NCBI GenBank assembly: GCA_049678285.1
Contig: JBAUDW010000071.1
Location: 294-64,293, forward strand
DNA length: 64,000 nucleotides
DNA from: Phycisphaerae bacterium
Lineage (GTDB): Bacteria > Planctomycetota > Phycisphaerae > FEN-1346
Reading direction: 5' to 3'
The translations under genes and the position numbers were made by a program. Positions 56,142 to 64,000 of the stretch are shown piece after piece. Position 1 is the stretch's first letter, and every line of letters starts with the position of its first letter. The notes under the pieces are model-generated. The model worked only from the letters and a program-made list of their open reading frames with translations, made no database searches and had not been told where the DNA came from.

Positions 56142-57206
56142 TCACGCCTGAGCGCTGTGCAGATAGCCCCTCAGGCCGCCCCGAATTGGCCGCGCCGCCC
56201 GGTTCAACAGCCATGCCACAGCAAGCACGCACGCAAGCGAGGCAAGGTAATCCAGGGAGCGGTAGCCCGTCACGCGCAGGTAGAGGTAAGGGTGCAGGAA
56301 GTAGATCTCGATGACAATGCCGGAGACCCATTGCAGCGGATTGAGCACCCGGATGGGCAGCCTGGCATCCTTCAACGACAACACCGCGCACACCGAGATG
56401 GCGATGATGAGACACGGGTTGAGCACGCCCACATCGAAGGCCATGTTCAGCCCAAGCATCACGGCCGCCAACAACCCCGCCGCAATAGCACCGAGGACAG
56501 GGCGGACGCGCACGCCCGTCCGCTGCACGAAGACGCCGAAGACGAAACTCCATGCCGTAAGCCACAGGGCATGCCCCATGGTCGCGTAGCGGTTCAGCAA
56601 AAGGGCGACCATAAGGGCCGCACCCGCCGTGATGCCAAGCGCCGCGCGCGACCGGCCCACACGCCTCAGAATAGGGTACGCGCAGTAGAACAGCAGCAGC
56701 AGCGTGAAGAACCACAGCCCGCGGCCAAAGGGGCTCGGGTTGCCAAGCCCGAACCAGTTGAGGAAGCCATTCAGCCCCAGCACATTGACAAGCGTCTGCC
56801 AGGTCCAGATGCCCGGCCTCTGCTGCACGATGAAGAGCACCAGCAGAAAGGCGTTGATGACAAGCAGGTCAGGCACCAGCCGGTGCAGTTTCCTCTCCCA
56901 GAACGGTCCAAACCTGAAACTGTCGTGGTACTTAGCCGACGTGAAATAGGCTGACGAAAAACCGAAAACAAAGAGCCCTATCGAGACCGCGACCCAGAAG
57001 AAACCGATGCCGGTCCCAAAGTGGCCCGTGAAGACAAGAAGGATGGCAACCGCCTTGGCGAGCTCAAAGTTGCGGCTCGTGTTCTTGTCGATCGCGTCTG
57101 GCACTAACACCCCAAGCCGTCTGGCGGGATGATCCCTCGCCCTCGCTTGCCGCAAGCATACAGCGGCGGCACGGTCCCGCAAGCCGGCGGATCGCTGACG
57201 CGCCAT
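56142..57206 (-). CDS. acyltransferase family 3 (OafA-like) membrane O-acyltransferase
   Basis: About 10 TM helices. ..ELAKAVAILLVFTGHFG.. and an Arg/His-containing first loop are typical of AT3 proteins. The start is uncertain (57206 Met or 57110 Val), but the ORF-track start at 57440 would overlap the next gene. Confidence 0.65.
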   Translation of the reverse strand: MARQRSAGLRDRAAAVCLRQARARDHPARRLGVLVPDAIDKNTSRNFELAKAVAILLVFTGHFGTGIGFFWVAVSIGLFVFGFSSAYFTSAKYHDSFRFGPFWERKLHRLVPDLLVINAFLLVLFIVQQRPGIWTWQTLVNVLGLNGFLNWFGLGNPSPFGRGLWFFTLLLLFYCAYPILRRVGRSRAALGITAGAALMVALLLNRYATMGHALWLTAWSFVFGVFVQRTGVRVRPVLGAIAAGLLAAVMLGLNMAFDVGVLNPCLIIAISVCAVLSLKDARLPIRVLNPLQWVSGIVIEIYFLHPYLYLRVTGYRSLDYLASLACVLAVAWLLNRAARPIRGGLRGYLHSAQA

Positions 57207-57307
57207 GCCAAGGCGCCCGAGCCGCGCGGGTCGGCCTTCCGCCCGAGACAGCGCCGTGGGTGCCGTGCAGCGGCCACGATCGGCCCGCGCCCTCCGGCAC
57301 GCGTCGG

Positions 57308-58417
57308 CTACTCGGCCTTCTTGGCATGGCCCAGGCCGGCCAGAAACTTCCAGACCTTGCGGGGGCTCAGCCGCTTGAGGTTCGACCATCTCAGGTGCGC
57401 GAGCGCCGGCCGCAGGGTCTTCACCCGGAAGTACTCCCACCGGTAGCGGCGCAGCGTGACGCCCCGGGCCAGGGCCCGGTTGACGCGGGCGATCCGACGG
57501 TCGCCGAAGCCGCTGGTGTCCGGCCCCACGCGCACACCGTCGTCGTAGGTCGCGATCTGCCCGACGCCCTGTGCGCCATCCGGCCCCAGGTCAACACGTA
57601 ACACGCAGCCGGTCCGCTCCGTGCGGTTCCACGTCAGCCGGTCGCCGTTGCTGTAGGAGATGTCGCACGCGACGAAGTTGCCCAGCGAGTAGATGATAGG
57701 GACACCGCGGTAGACCTCCAAGCCCTGGAGGACGTGCGGATGGTGGCCCAGAACGAGCGACGCCCCCGCTTCGGCCAAGGCGTGGGCCTGCACAATCTGA
57801 GAGGGCGACGGAATGGACAGCCGCTCCTCGCCCCAGTGGAGCGAAACGACCACATGGTCCACCTCGGCCCGCAGGCGGCGGATGCGCTCGACGAGATTGG
57901 CCGTCTCCAGCGGCGCAGCGCCTGGCACACTGGGCCCCGCGAAGCCGCTCGGTCCGGTCCGAGGATCGGCAGCCCCCAGAAACCCCACTCGTACGCCGCG
58001 CACTTGCACGATGGCTGGCTCGGCTGCTTCCCGCAGATTGTCACCAGCGCCGAAGTAGGTGATGCCCAACTCATCGAGCAGCCAGCGGAGCCGGTGGAAC
58101 CCCTCGGCCAGGCAGTCGAACATGTGGTTGTTGGCCAGCGAGACGGTCGTGATGCCCGCCGTAGCGACACCCCGCACGAGGTCTTCCGTCGCGACCACGC
58201 GCGGCTCTGTGGGCACCGTGGCTCCGCTGGCGGGCAGCGTGCACTCGAGATTGCCCACGATCAGGTCGGCCTCCTGAAACAGAGGCCGCACCTCTGCGAA
58301 GATCGCAGCATTCTCGCGCGGAGGGTCTGTGCCCGCAGGGCCGGCCGCAAGTAGCAGATCGCCCACAGCCGCCAGGCGGACACCTTTGTTCTCGACACCC
58401 GTAGTCGCTGGCCGCAT
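57308..58417 (-). CDS. CapA-like metallophosphoesterase (PGA_cap family capsule-synthesis protein)
   Basis: LAAVGDLLLA, LIVGNLECTL, VSLANNHMFD, VVVSLHWGEE and LVLGHHPHVLQG: the conserved metal-binding blocks of CapA-family proteins. Confidence 0.7.
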   Translation of the reverse strand: MRPATTGVENKGVRLAAVGDLLLAAGPAGTDPPRENAAIFAEVRPLFQEADLIVGNLECTLPASGATVPTEPRVVATEDLVRGVATAGITTVSLANNHMFDCLAEGFHRLRWLLDELGITYFGAGDNLREAAEPAIVQVRGVRVGFLGAADPRTGPSGFAGPSVPGAAPLETANLVERIRRLRAEVDHVVVSLHWGEERLSIPSPSQIVQAHALAEAGASLVLGHHPHVLQGLEVYRGVPIIYSLGNFVACDISYSNGDRLTWNRTERTGCVLRVDLGPDGAQGVGQIATYDDGVRVGPDTSGFGDRRIARVNRALARGVTLRRYRWEYFRVKTLRPALAHLRWSNLKRLSPRKVWKFLAGLGHAKKAE

Positions 58418-58757
58418 TCTCCCCGATTCCGTTACGCTCGGCATTGCGATGGGACACAGAATAGGCCATCGCCCCAAGTAGCAGGGCGTGGGCGACTCCG
58501 CGGCGGGCTACAGCAATGCCTGATGCGAGCCCCCATGCCGTGACGATATCATACAGCGGGCCGGCCGAAAGTGGAAGCACCGTACCGCCAGGAGCCTGAT
58601 CGTTCCATGCTGACCCGGCGGCGTGCCTCCCAGACCAGACGCGAGGATCTTGCAGTGACCGCAGGTTCGAGACGATGGTTCACAAGGCGCTGCGGTATGG
58701 CGCCAGAACCGGCCGCGGTCACCAACCATGAGCTGACAGCAAAGGGCGAGGAAGTCA

Positions 58758-59810
58758 ATGGCTGACGAGCGTACAGGCGCAAGAGACTGTTCCGTCGCCG
58801 TCTCGACGGAGCCGCCCGATTGGTCGGATTACCTTGCCGCAAGCGCCCAGGCTACCATCTACCACGACCCGCGCTGGGGCCAGATCATGGCCTCGGCGTA
58901 CGGCAATCGCCCCTACTTCCTGACGGCGCGCTACGAGGGTCGGGTCGTCGGCATTCTGCAACTCGTGGCCCAGAAAGGCCTCCCTTTCGGGCTGCACCTG
59001 TGCAGCCTGCCCTACTTTGACGCCGCGGGGGTTGTGGCTGACGACGAAGGGGCGCGGCGTGCGCTCCTGGGTGAGACTCGGGCACTCATGGAACGCTTGG
59101 GCGCGGAGTGGACTGAACTGAGGCACCTTTCCTGCTGCGACCCTTACCTTCCGAACCGCACGGACAAAGTGACCATGTGGCTGGAACTTCCTTCCAGCGC
59201 CGAAGGCGCTTGGAACAGCCTCACCACCAAGATGCGGACCAAGGTCCGCAAGGCTCAGAAGGCGGCCGTGAACCTGGAACAGGGGCACAGCGAACTGGTG
59301 GGCGATTTCTACACCATCTACGCTCGAACCATGCGTGACTTGGGCAGCCCCCCGCACGGCCAACGGTTCTTCCGGCTGGTGTGCGACACGTTCGGACCCG
59401 CTGTTCGGCTCTTCGTCGTCCGCTCGGAGGGGCAGCCCATTGCATCGGCATTGACCCTCATGGACCGGCAGGGGTTTCACGTCCCGTGGTCGGGCAGCGA
59501 CCACCGTGCGGCCGGTGGCTCGGCGAACAGGTTCCTCTTCTGGTCCATGATCGCCTACTCCAGCGACGCCGGAGCCGCTAAGTTCGACTTCGGCCGTAGC
59601 ACTCGGGGCTCGGGAACGCACGAGTTCAAGAAGGAGTGGGGGACCCAGGAGATTCCGCTCTGCTGGGAGTACCTCTTGCCGCTGGGCGGCACCGTTCCCG
59701 ACCAACGCCCGGATAGTCCCAAGTACCGGTTACTGAGTGCGATGTGGCGGCGGCTGCCGCTAAGCCTCGCCTGCCTGATCGGTCCGCGAATCATCGCGAG
59801 GTTGTCATAG
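58758..59810 (+). CDS. FemAB-like (GNAT-fold) acyl/aminoacyl-transferase, second copy
   Basis: Same architecture and conserved blocks as the 42355-43362 gene (..IYHDPRWGQIMASAYG.., ..TLMDRQGFHVPWSGSD.., ..FKKEWGTQEIPLCWEYL..). Confidence 0.6.
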   Translation: MADERTGARDCSVAVSTEPPDWSDYLAASAQATIYHDPRWGQIMASAYGNRPYFLTARYEGRVVGILQLVAQKGLPFGLHLCSLPYFDAAGVVADDEGARRALLGETRALMERLGAEWTELRHLSCCDPYLPNRTDKVTMWLELPSSAEGAWNSLTTKMRTKVRKAQKAAVNLEQGHSELVGDFYTIYARTMRDLGSPPHGQRFFRLVCDTFGPAVRLFVVRSEGQPIASALTLMDRQGFHVPWSGSDHRAAGGSANRFLFWSMIAYSSDAGAAKFDFGRSTRGSGTHEFKKEWGTQEIPLCWEYLLPLGGTVPDQRPDSPKYRLLSAMWRRLPLSLACLIGPRIIARLS

Positions 59811-60040
59811 TGCAGAAAATATTGCACTGACCGACCCCAAGCAGAAGTAGTTCGCCCAGCCATCCAGGAGCCGGTTCAATTCCGTCACCTTCTGCCGGAC
59901 CGTCTTGCGGGCCTCCCCGCGACCGGTCATCGCCCGGATCACCGTTACCAGCCGCGCGATCGGTTTCTCGGCCCGGCACCCCGACGAGATCGTTGCAAGA
60001 CGAATCGGTTCGGAGGCCGGGCCGTGAAGCACTACACACT
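59805..60040 (-). pseudogene. remnant of a group II intron reverse-transcriptase/maturase gene (C-terminal domain-X fragment only)
   Basis: The minus-strand reading ends ..KPIARLVTVIRAMTGRGEARKTVRQKVTELNRLLDGWANYFCLGSVSAIFSAL*. The L..GWANYF motif is the hallmark of the group II intron maturase (GIIM) domain, but no RT domain precedes it. Confidence 0.45.
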
Positions 60041-60257
60041 TTCTCACGTGACGTCGGTCGAATATGCCTGCAAGGTGCGAAGCCCGGCGAGGCCCACCTT
60101 GCCCGTCCGACGGGGGGCTCGCTTTTTTCGGGGCGTCTCTCCGCATCTTTGGTATACTGCCGTCATGAACGGGGCGAAGAAGCCGGGGAACCCGAGCCGA
60201 TATTCCAGTTGAACGGGGCCTCGGCTCGCGTTCCGAAACACATTGTGGACGGTCCAA

Positions 60258-61232
60258 ATGGCAGACACCTGGCTGGTGACCGGCGGCGGGGGGTTCATCG
60301 GGTCGAACCTCGTCCGGGCGCTGCTCGAAGAGGGCCGAAGCGTCCGCGTCCTCGACAACTTCTCCACCGGCTTCCGCGAAAATCTCCAAGAGGTCGCGGG
60401 CGACGTTGACCTGGTTGAGGGCGACATCCGCGACGCCGACGCGTGCCGCAGGGCGTCCGCCGGCGCCGAGGTCGTCTGCCACCAGGCGGCCATCCCGAGC
60501 GTTCCGCGGAGCATGGCGGACCCGCAGGGCTGCTTTGACGTCAACATCGTCAGCACGCACAACATGCTCATGGCCGCACGCGACGCGGGCGTCCGGCGGT
60601 TCGTCTTTGCGGCCAGTTCCAGCGCCTACGGGGCGGGCGAAGAACTGCCGAAGCGCGAGACGATGCCCGTCCTCCCCCTCAGCCCCTATGCCGCCGCGAA
60701 GGCCGCGGGCGAACTGCTCGTCGCCACGTGGCACCGGGCGTTCGGCCTCGAGACGGTCAGCCTCCGGTACTTCAACATCTTCGGCCCGCGGCAGGATCCT
60801 GCCAATCAGTACGCGGGCGTCATCGCGGCCTTCGCGTCGCGGATGCTTCGCGGCCAGCCGCCGATTATTTACGGTGACGGGACGCAGTCCCGTGACTTTA
60901 CGTTCGTGGAAAACGTCGTCCGCGCCAATCTCCTCGCGGCCGAGGCCCCGGAGGTCCACGGCGAGGTGGTCAACATCGGCTGCGGCGAGGCGACCGACCT
61001 GAATCAGATGGTGCGGGACTTTAACAACCTGTTGGGGACCGACCTGGATCCGATCTACGAGGCCCCCCGCCCGGGCGACGTGAAGCACTCGCTGGCCGAT
61101 GTCTCGGCCGCCCGCGACCTGCTGGGCTACGAGCCGACAGTCCGTTTCGCCGAGGGGCTTCGGCGGACCATCGACTGGTATCGGTGGGCGCTGGAGACGG
61201 GCTACGGCGGCTGGGCGGCCGCGGGGCGATGA
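60258..61232 (+). CDS. NAD-dependent nucleotide-sugar epimerase/dehydratase (GalE/WbpP-like extended SDR)
   Basis: VTGGGGFIGSNL, the S..YAAAK catalytic dyad, and NIFGPRQDP. Confidence 0.85.
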   Translation: MADTWLVTGGGGFIGSNLVRALLEEGRSVRVLDNFSTGFRENLQEVAGDVDLVEGDIRDADACRRASAGAEVVCHQAAIPSVPRSMADPQGCFDVNIVSTHNMLMAARDAGVRRFVFAASSSAYGAGEELPKRETMPVLPLSPYAAAKAAGELLVATWHRAFGLETVSLRYFNIFGPRQDPANQYAGVIAAFASRMLRGQPPIIYGDGTQSRDFTFVENVVRANLLAAEAPEVHGEVVNIGCGEATDLNQMVRDFNNLLGTDLDPIYEAPRPGDVKHSLADVSAARDLLGYEPTVRFAEGLRRTIDWYRWALETGYGGWAAAGR

Positions 61233-61253
61233 GTCCGGACGCCTCCCCGCAAA

Positions 61254-62903
61254 TCAGCGTCGGCCGGCGGACCGCACCTCTTCCTTGATCCGCTGGATGT
61301 GTCCGCGGCCGAGCGCTTTGATCTCGCAGCCGAGTTCGAAGTAGCGGCGGATCTTCTCGTCCGGCAGGATCCCGAAGCAGTCCACGACGGCCAGCGGGCC
61401 ACCCGCCCAGCCGACCACCTCGTCCGGATCGAGGTCCATGTAGGGGGCGTGCCGGACGGCCAGGACGAGTGCCTCGACGCCCTTGAGCGCCTCCTTGAGG
61501 TCCTTCTCGACGCGGATGTCGGCCAGTCCCTCCTGGTTCCGGAAGAACCGCGAGAGGGAGTGCCCCGGCGCGGGATACTCCTCCTGCCGCTCGAGTTCGT
61601 ACCAGTGGTCGACGTAGGGGTCGTGGACGCGGATCTCGGCGCCCATCTCGGCGAGTTTCCGGACGACCAGTTCCGAGCCGCTGTAGCGGGTGTCGCCGAC
61701 GTCCTCGCGGTAACTGGCCCCGGCGATGCAGACGAGGGACCCGGCGATGTATCGGCCCATGTTGCGGAGGGCGTCGCGCGCCAGTTCCGCCGCGTGGAGC
61801 GAACGCGTGTCGTTCGTGTCGATGGCCTCGGGCGTGATGCGGAAGACCTCGTCGCCATCCTCGAATCCCAGGATGTGCTTGTAGGCCCAGTAGCCCAGGC
61901 CGCCATCCTTCGGCAGGCAGTACCCGCCGATGCCGGGCCCGGGGAAGATGATGTTCGAGTGCGTCGGGCGGACCTTGATCGCCTGGACCACCTTGATAAG
62001 GTCCACGCCGTTGCGTTCGGCAAAGAGGCTCCACTCGTTCAGGAATGCCAGGATCGTCGCCCGGTACGAGTTCTCGACGACCTTCGTCGTCTCGGACTCG
62101 ATCGGCCGGTCCATGACCGTCAGGGGATAGTCCTCGGTGTTCAGGACCTCGTGGAGGAACCGGACGACGCGCTGGCGCGCCTCGGGGTTGCAGCCCGAGC
62201 AGACCCGCCAGAAGTCGCGAATCGAGGAGACGTACTCGCGGCCGGGCATGACCCGCTCGAAACTGTGCGCCAGAAGCGGCGGCGACCCGATGCCGCGCGA
62301 CTGGAAAGCCTTCCGCATGATCGGATAGGCCACGAACTCGGTCGTTCCCGGGGCGACCGTCGTCTCGATGAGGACGAGGCACTCGGGACGCACCTTCTCG
62401 CCGATCGTGCGCATCGTCGCCTCGAGGGCCGACATTTCGGCCTCGCCCGACCGCATGTGCCCGAGGTCGTGCTTCGTGTAGTCGCACTGCACGTCCACGA
62501 CCACGCAGTCCGCCAGCGACAGGCACTCGCTCGTGTAGGTCGCCGTGAGCGTCTTCTTCTCGAGGACGCACCGGGCGATCATCGGATCGACCTGGGGGTC
62601 CTCCGCCTTGACGGGCGACTCGCCGCGGTTCAGCAGCGGGATCTTCCAGTAACTCCGGGTGCTCGGCCGCTGGCACCCGATGACGAACTTCGCGGGCTTG
62701 CCGGTCTTTTTGTCGACGGTGTCGGCAATGATGGCCGCCATGACAGCCCCCACAAAGCCGACGCCCATGACGACGACGACCTCCTTGCCCTCTTGGCGCG
62801 CTGCGTCGGCCAGGCCGCGAATCCGCTTGAACTCGGCCTCGTACTCGTCGCGTTTCGGAATCGCAAACCGTTCACCCGCCGGGCTGACTGAATAGTCCGA
62901 CAT
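61254..62903 (-). CDS. UDP-glucose/GDP-mannose dehydrogenase-family nucleotide-sugar dehydrogenase (long form)
   Basis: VVVMGVGFVGAVMAAII (NAD-binding GxGxxG), GPGIGGYCLPKD (catalytic Cys block), and a C-terminal UDPG_MGDP_dh_C-like domain. Confidence 0.8.
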   Translation of the reverse strand: MSDYSVSPAGERFAIPKRDEYEAEFKRIRGLADAARQEGKEVVVVMGVGFVGAVMAAIIADTVDKKTGKPAKFVIGCQRPSTRSYWKIPLLNRGESPVKAEDPQVDPMIARCVLEKKTLTATYTSECLSLADCVVVDVQCDYTKHDLGHMRSGEAEMSALEATMRTIGEKVRPECLVLIETTVAPGTTEFVAYPIMRKAFQSRGIGSPPLLAHSFERVMPGREYVSSIRDFWRVCSGCNPEARQRVVRFLHEVLNTEDYPLTVMDRPIESETTKVVENSYRATILAFLNEWSLFAERNGVDLIKVVQAIKVRPTHSNIIFPGPGIGGYCLPKDGGLGYWAYKHILGFEDGDEVFRITPEAIDTNDTRSLHAAELARDALRNMGRYIAGSLVCIAGASYREDVGDTRYSGSELVVRKLAEMGAEIRVHDPYVDHWYELERQEEYPAPGHSLSRFFRNQEGLADIRVEKDLKEALKGVEALVLAVRHAPYMDLDPDEVVGWAGGPLAVVDCFGILPDEKIRRYFELGCEIKALGRGHIQRIKEEVRSAGRR

Positions 62904-62907
62904 GCCG

Positions 62908-64000
62908 TCACCTCCGTGTCTTGTGCCATTCCTCGGCTGAACCGCGCCCCGGCGCCGGGCCGTCGCCCGACAAGCCTACCGAAAAGCGCCCTGGAATACC
63001 ACCCTTCACCGGGCGACTGTCGGTGCTGTCAACGCAAAGTAGAAATGTCCGCTTTTTTTTGAAGGGTCGGCGCCAGGGGTGATCCTCCGAGGGACGATAA
63101 GGCGTGGGGGCCGGAGGGCCGGGGGGTGGCCCGGAGGCCCCCACGCCCGGCCGCGGCGGCCGCGGCGCCTGGTCCGGCGGCACCTCGTGGAATCGCAGAT
63201 ACCGTCCCCGGAACCGCAGCCGCATCGACCCGTCCAGTCGTTCCTCCACGATCACCTTGGATCCTCGCAGGCCGCCCGCAATGGACCGCCGTTCGATCTG
63301 ATACCGATGCCCCCCGTGCCGCACCGTGTAATCATTGGCCACTGTGCGGACGGTCTGAATGCTCAGGATGGCCGCCAGAGGATAGCCCTTCGCCGAGCGG
63401 TGGGCGTCCACCGAGGAAGCCGGTCGGACCGTGAACCGTTCGTTGAGCATCGGCTCGTACTCGGTCTCCAGGTAGGCGTTGGCTCCGGGGATGTCCGCGA
63501 TGCCCCGCAGCCGCAGTTCCTTCACGAGCCGGTCCTGGTCGGTCTGGAAGGACCGCTCCACGCGACCCTTGGCCTGAGGCGAACCCGCCGGGATGTACTC
63601 AATCCCCAGGTCCCGCAACGCCCGCCCGAACTGGGTCACGGCCTGACGGCCTTGGAGGGCCTCCTCGGCCGAGGGAGGCCGGTTGACCTTGAAAATGCTA
63701 TCCCGGTCGGCGTAAATCGCCCCTGGCCGCCCATGACGCCGCAGCCACAGGCCCAGCATCTGGAGGTTCGCTTCCGTCGTGTCGGACGCGAAGAACCGCT
63801 TCACCTGCCGCCCCGTCGCGTCATCGATCATCGACACCAGGACCGGCTCGGCTTGGCCGCGGCCCTCGAACCAGGCGTGCTCGCTGGTGTCCATCTGCAC
63901 GAGTTCCCCGAACGACGGCCGCCGTGGACGCCACAGGTGCACCTCCCGGCGGGGCCGCCGGGGCTTCCAGATCCCCTCGGCGATCATCCACCCCCGCAGC
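62908..64000 (-). CDS. DDE (rve superfamily) transposase, partial (N-terminus beyond window end)
   Basis: ..ELVQMDTSEHAWFEG.. (first Asp region), ..YADRDSIFK.., ..GSPQAKGRVERSFQT.. (E + K/R of the DDE triad). No N-terminal HTH region is present in-window, so the gene must continue past 64000. Confidence 0.6.
   Translation of the reverse strand, partial: LRGWMIAEGIWKPRRPRREVHLWRPRRPSFGELVQMDTSEHAWFEGRGQAEPVLVSMIDDATGRQVKRFFASDTTEANLQMLGLWLRRHGRPGAIYADRDSIFKVNRPPSAEEALQGRQAVTQFGRALRDLGIEYIPAGSPQAKGRVERSFQTDQDRLVKELRLRGIADIPGANAYLETEYEPMLNERFTVRPASSVDAHRSAKGYPLAAILSIQTVRTVANDYTVRHGGHRYQIERRSIAGGLRGSKVIVEERLDGSMRLRFRGRYLRFHEVPPDQAPRPPRPGVGASGPPPGPPAPTPYRPSEDHPWRRPFKKKRTFLLCVDSTDSRPVKGGIPGRFSVGLSGDGPAPGRGSAEEWHKTRR

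Noticed and set aside
52379-58477. Poly-gamma-glutamate capsule hypothesis suggested by CapA-like and CapK-like names
   Set aside because: No CapB (Mur-ligase-type) or CapC homologs are present. CapA-family metallophosphatases and CapK/PaaK-like ligases are widespread in polysaccharide loci independent of PGA synthesis.
1-64000. CRISPR arrays, tRNA/rRNA genes, toxin-antitoxin or restriction/defence cassettes
   Set aside because: No short-period direct-repeat arrays, cloverleaf-like conserved tRNA blocks, or nuclease/helicase/methyltransferase signatures were seen. The repeats found are IS ends, the 19-bp promoter-region repeat and the inverted repeats at 8757-8962.

Overview
This is a GC-rich (~68%) bacterial accessory locus of the exosortase / PEP-CTERM exopolysaccharide (EPS) type, interrupted by at least four mobile-element insertions. 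The core genes, all on the minus strand at the left end, are a PEP-CTERM-locus polysaccharide deacetylase (partial, missed by the ORF track), a 1.5-kb-protein TPR anchor protein and an exosortase fused to an EpsI-family domain. The region 7.3-30.7 kb is bracketed by two diverged IS3-family elements in inverted orientation, both with A9 frameshift sites. Inside it lie a small polyprenyl-phosphate sugar transferase behind a strong sigma70-like promoter and a highly structured leader, two PEP-CTERM cargo proteins, an SDR oxidoreductase, an IS4-family element with perfect 17-bp terminal inverted repeats, two tandem paralogous GNAT-fold N-acyl-amino-acid-synthase-like genes, a PaaK-like adenylating enzyme, a hybrid histidine kinase, a Wza/Wzz/BY-kinase/ExeA-ATPase export module, and an 801-aa membrane protein with tandem VanZ-like domains. 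The right half is a long glycan-tailoring region: ATGA-coupled glycosyltransferases, a VanZ protein and a flippase; four consecutive asparagine-synthetase-like paralogs; two FemAB-like and one GNAT acyltransferase; two more deacetylases; a Wzy-like/GT4 fusion ORF; and a compact block of radical SAM/SPASM, ATP-grasp, CE4-like esterase, CapK/PaaK-like ligase, acyltransferase-3 and CapA-like metallophosphatase genes. A group II intron maturase remnant, nucleotide-sugar epimerase and dehydrogenase genes, and a partial rve transposase sit at the right edge. No rRNA, tRNA or CRISPR array was recognised. The most novel-looking content is the radical-SAM/ATP-grasp/adenylating/acyltransferase block together with the four-member AsnB-like array and the FemAB/GNAT genes; together they suggest an unusual amino-acid- or peptide-decorated, exosortase-linked glycan pathway.
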